64,000 nt of DNA from an uncultured Candidatus Saccharibacteria bacterium (GTDB taxonomy: Bacteria > Patescibacteriota > Minisyncoccia > Phycocordibacterales > DATDWN01): the NCBI GenBank assembly GCA_964603545.1, contig CAZRVD010000001.1, positions 68,358 to 132,357 on the forward strand. The letters run 5' to 3'. Below are positions 62,487 through 64,000 of this stretch, in pieces. The translations under genes were made by a program, and so were the position numbers. Position 1 is the stretch's first letter, and each line of letters opens with the position of its first letter. Under the pieces are notes generated by a model, which saw only the letters and a list, made by a program, of their open reading frames with translations, did no database searches and had not been told where the DNA came from.

Positions 62487-63371
62487 CTAGTTGATCTTTA
62501 TTCCCCGGAGGAAGTCAGTATAATCCATTTCTTTTTTTCCTTCAGGAATAACTCTTTCTAACACTAACTCGCCATTCTCTAAGTGAGCCGTTTTAACTAT
62601 AATTCTTTTTTTAACCCCATCTATTTCTTTAAAGAAGTAAGCCCCTGGCCAACTACAATAAGCTCTAATTTTTCTCAAGTTTATCTCTCCCGGGTCTTTC
62701 ATATCAAGTTCGCCGTCCGCTTTTTCTATTTTTTTTGTAAAAGTAGCTAGATTATGGTTTTGCTCTATTTCTTTTACCTCGCCCATTATCCATGGAGAAA
62801 TAATATGGGCTAACATTTTACCACCGAGCTCCCCAGCCAATTTTTCTAAGTTATAAAAATATGGTGGCCACTCCACCTCTATTTTTTCTTGGGCTAATAT
62901 AGGTCCATGATCAATTTCTTCATCCAGTCTCATTATAGTTACTCCCGTCTCATTTTCAGATAAAATTGCACTTTGGATAGGGGATGGACCACGAAGTTTG
63001 GGTAGTAGGGATGGGTGGACGTTTAGTGTTTTGAATCTAGGGATATCTAATATATTTTTAGGTATTATTTTCCCATAAGAACAGACAATAAATAAGTCAA
63101 AACCACTTGATGAGAATGACCTTATTTCATCTATCATTTCATTTGTTTTAAGTGTTTTTGGTTGGATGTACTTAACCCCTTCTTTTTCTGCCCAAGTTTT
63201 TACTTCGGAGGGCGTTAGTGTGAGTTTCCTACCCTTTGGCTTATCTTCAGTTGTTATAACGAGAGATGGTACAAACCCTCCCTTTTTGAGTTCATCTAAA
63301 ACATTTACTGCAAATTTTGATGTACCAAAATATGCAACAGTGGGTTTATTTTGTTTTTCTTGATTTACCAT
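62487..63371 (-). CDS. fmt: methionyl-tRNA formyltransferase
   Basis: Formyltransferase core LNVHPSLLPKLRGPSPIQ. C-terminal Fmt domain. Confidence 0.85.
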   Translation of the reverse strand: MVNQEKQNKPTVAYFGTSKFAVNVLDELKKGGFVPSLVITTEDKPKGRKLTLTPSEVKTWAEKEGVKYIQPKTLKTNEMIDEIRSFSSSGFDLFIVCSYGKIIPKNILDIPRFKTLNVHPSLLPKLRGPSPIQSAILSENETGVTIMRLDEEIDHGPILAQEKIEVEWPPYFYNLEKLAGELGGKMLAHIISPWIMGEVKEIEQNHNLATFTKKIEKADGELDMKDPGEINLRKIRAYCSWPGAYFFKEIDGVKKRIIVKTAHLENGELVLERVIPEGKKEMDYTDFLRGIKIN

Positions 63372-63945
63372 TCTTTTTGTATTCTTCGGGGAATATTTCT
63401 TCTACGTTTTGAGCCTTATCAATAAAAAGCACTCCGTCTAAATGGTCCATCTCGTGTTGAAATATCTGTGCCAAAAGTCCTGTACCACCTCTTTCAAATT
63501 TATTTCCATTTTCATCAAATGCTACTACTGTGGCTTTTTTACTACGACTAACTTGGCCGTAGAGGTATCTTACGGACAAACACCCCTCTTCTACCGTTTT
63601 TCTTTCTTTAGAAAGCTTTTTAATTGTTGGGTTAATAAAAACGAGATCTTTCGTATCTTTGGTTTTAAAAGCTAAATCTCCCTCAATCTGCTTTGTTGGA
63701 AGACTAGTTTTTTTTCTTTTTGTTTCAGCTAGAATATCCTCTACTTTTCTGGAAACCACAAATATTCTAAGTGAGTGGCCAATCTGCGGAGCGGCAATAG
63801 CCACGCCGTCCTCCTGGGAGTCTAAAGCTTCCTTCATTTCAGATAAAACTTTTTTTATTTTAATCGATTTTATCTCCTCTACTGCGACAGGTAGGGCTAT
63901 TTCTCTCAGGATTTCCGCGTCTTTCTGTAAAATCTTAGTTGTCAT
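63346..63945 (-). CDS. def: peptide deformylase
   Basis: Motifs GVAIAAPQIG, EGCLSV and QHEMDHLDG. Overlaps fmt by 26 nt (def-fmt operon). Confidence 0.85.
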   Translation of the reverse strand: MTTKILQKDAEILREIALPVAVEEIKSIKIKKVLSEMKEALDSQEDGVAIAAPQIGHSLRIFVVSRKVEDILAETKRKKTSLPTKQIEGDLAFKTKDTKDLVFINPTIKKLSKERKTVEEGCLSVRYLYGQVSRSKKATVVAFDENGNKFERGGTGLLAQIFQHEMDHLDGVLFIDKAQNVEEIFPEEYKKNGKSRKTK

Positions 63946-64000
63946 TTATTCTATTAAAATATCATAAAAGACTGGCTGGGTCTATTCTAACGGAGAATTG

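Noticed and set aside
1-64000. CRISPR arrays, rRNA genes, transposases or IS elements
   Set aside because: No short regularly spaced direct repeats, no rRNA-like conserved blocks and no transposase-like ORFs were found. The intergenic repeats seen are long-hairpin elements, not CRISPR repeats.

Overview
The window has an AT-rich (about one-third GC by eye) backbone densely packed with housekeeping genes. These are gyrB, an NAD-dependent epimerase, a truncated thrS, dnaE, rnhB, rpmF, a nusB-Nudix fusion, rnc, a short smc, rnr, rpsP, a KH protein, trmD, a PIF1-like helicase, capA, lexA, rpoB, rpoC, dnaG, rpoD, a UvrD-nuclease fusion, hisS, truB, typA, dedA, uppP, mscL (frameshifted), hpf, fmt and def, plus one tRNA-Asn(GUU). 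The gene content and the small, fused or truncated proteins suggest a streamlined, possibly CPR/Patescibacteria-like bacterium; this is an inference only. No rRNA, CRISPR array, integrase or transposase was seen. The most striking feature is compositional. At least 15 compact GC-rich cassettes (about 50-65% GC by eye) sit in the intergenic spaces. Each carries a near-consensus sigma70-like promoter (TTGACA-N16-18-TAnnnT, often with a palindrome in or next to the spacer), a Shine-Dalgarno, one or two small ORFs (HTH regulators, small membrane or secreted proteins, a YdjM xenolog, an aldose-epimerase-like gene, ORFans) and a GC hairpin terminator. Three multi-copy intergenic repeat families were found. 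Family 1 is a ~112-bp long-hairpin element with compensatory base changes in two helices (five copies, all after highly expressed genes). Family 2 is a ~135-bp element found 3' of minus-strand genes. Family 3 is a 13-mer core TGGTCGYATGACC (five copies) that overlaps start codons and forms 33-bp direct repeats bracketing one HTH cassette. tRNA-Asn carries a 23-bp direct repeat of its 3' end 350 bp downstream, an att-like scar, with GC-rich cassettes clustered around it. Other points are a three-level nested inverted repeat just upstream of rnc, a +1 frameshift in mscL at a G6 tract, and a frameshifted GC-rich coiled-coil gene.
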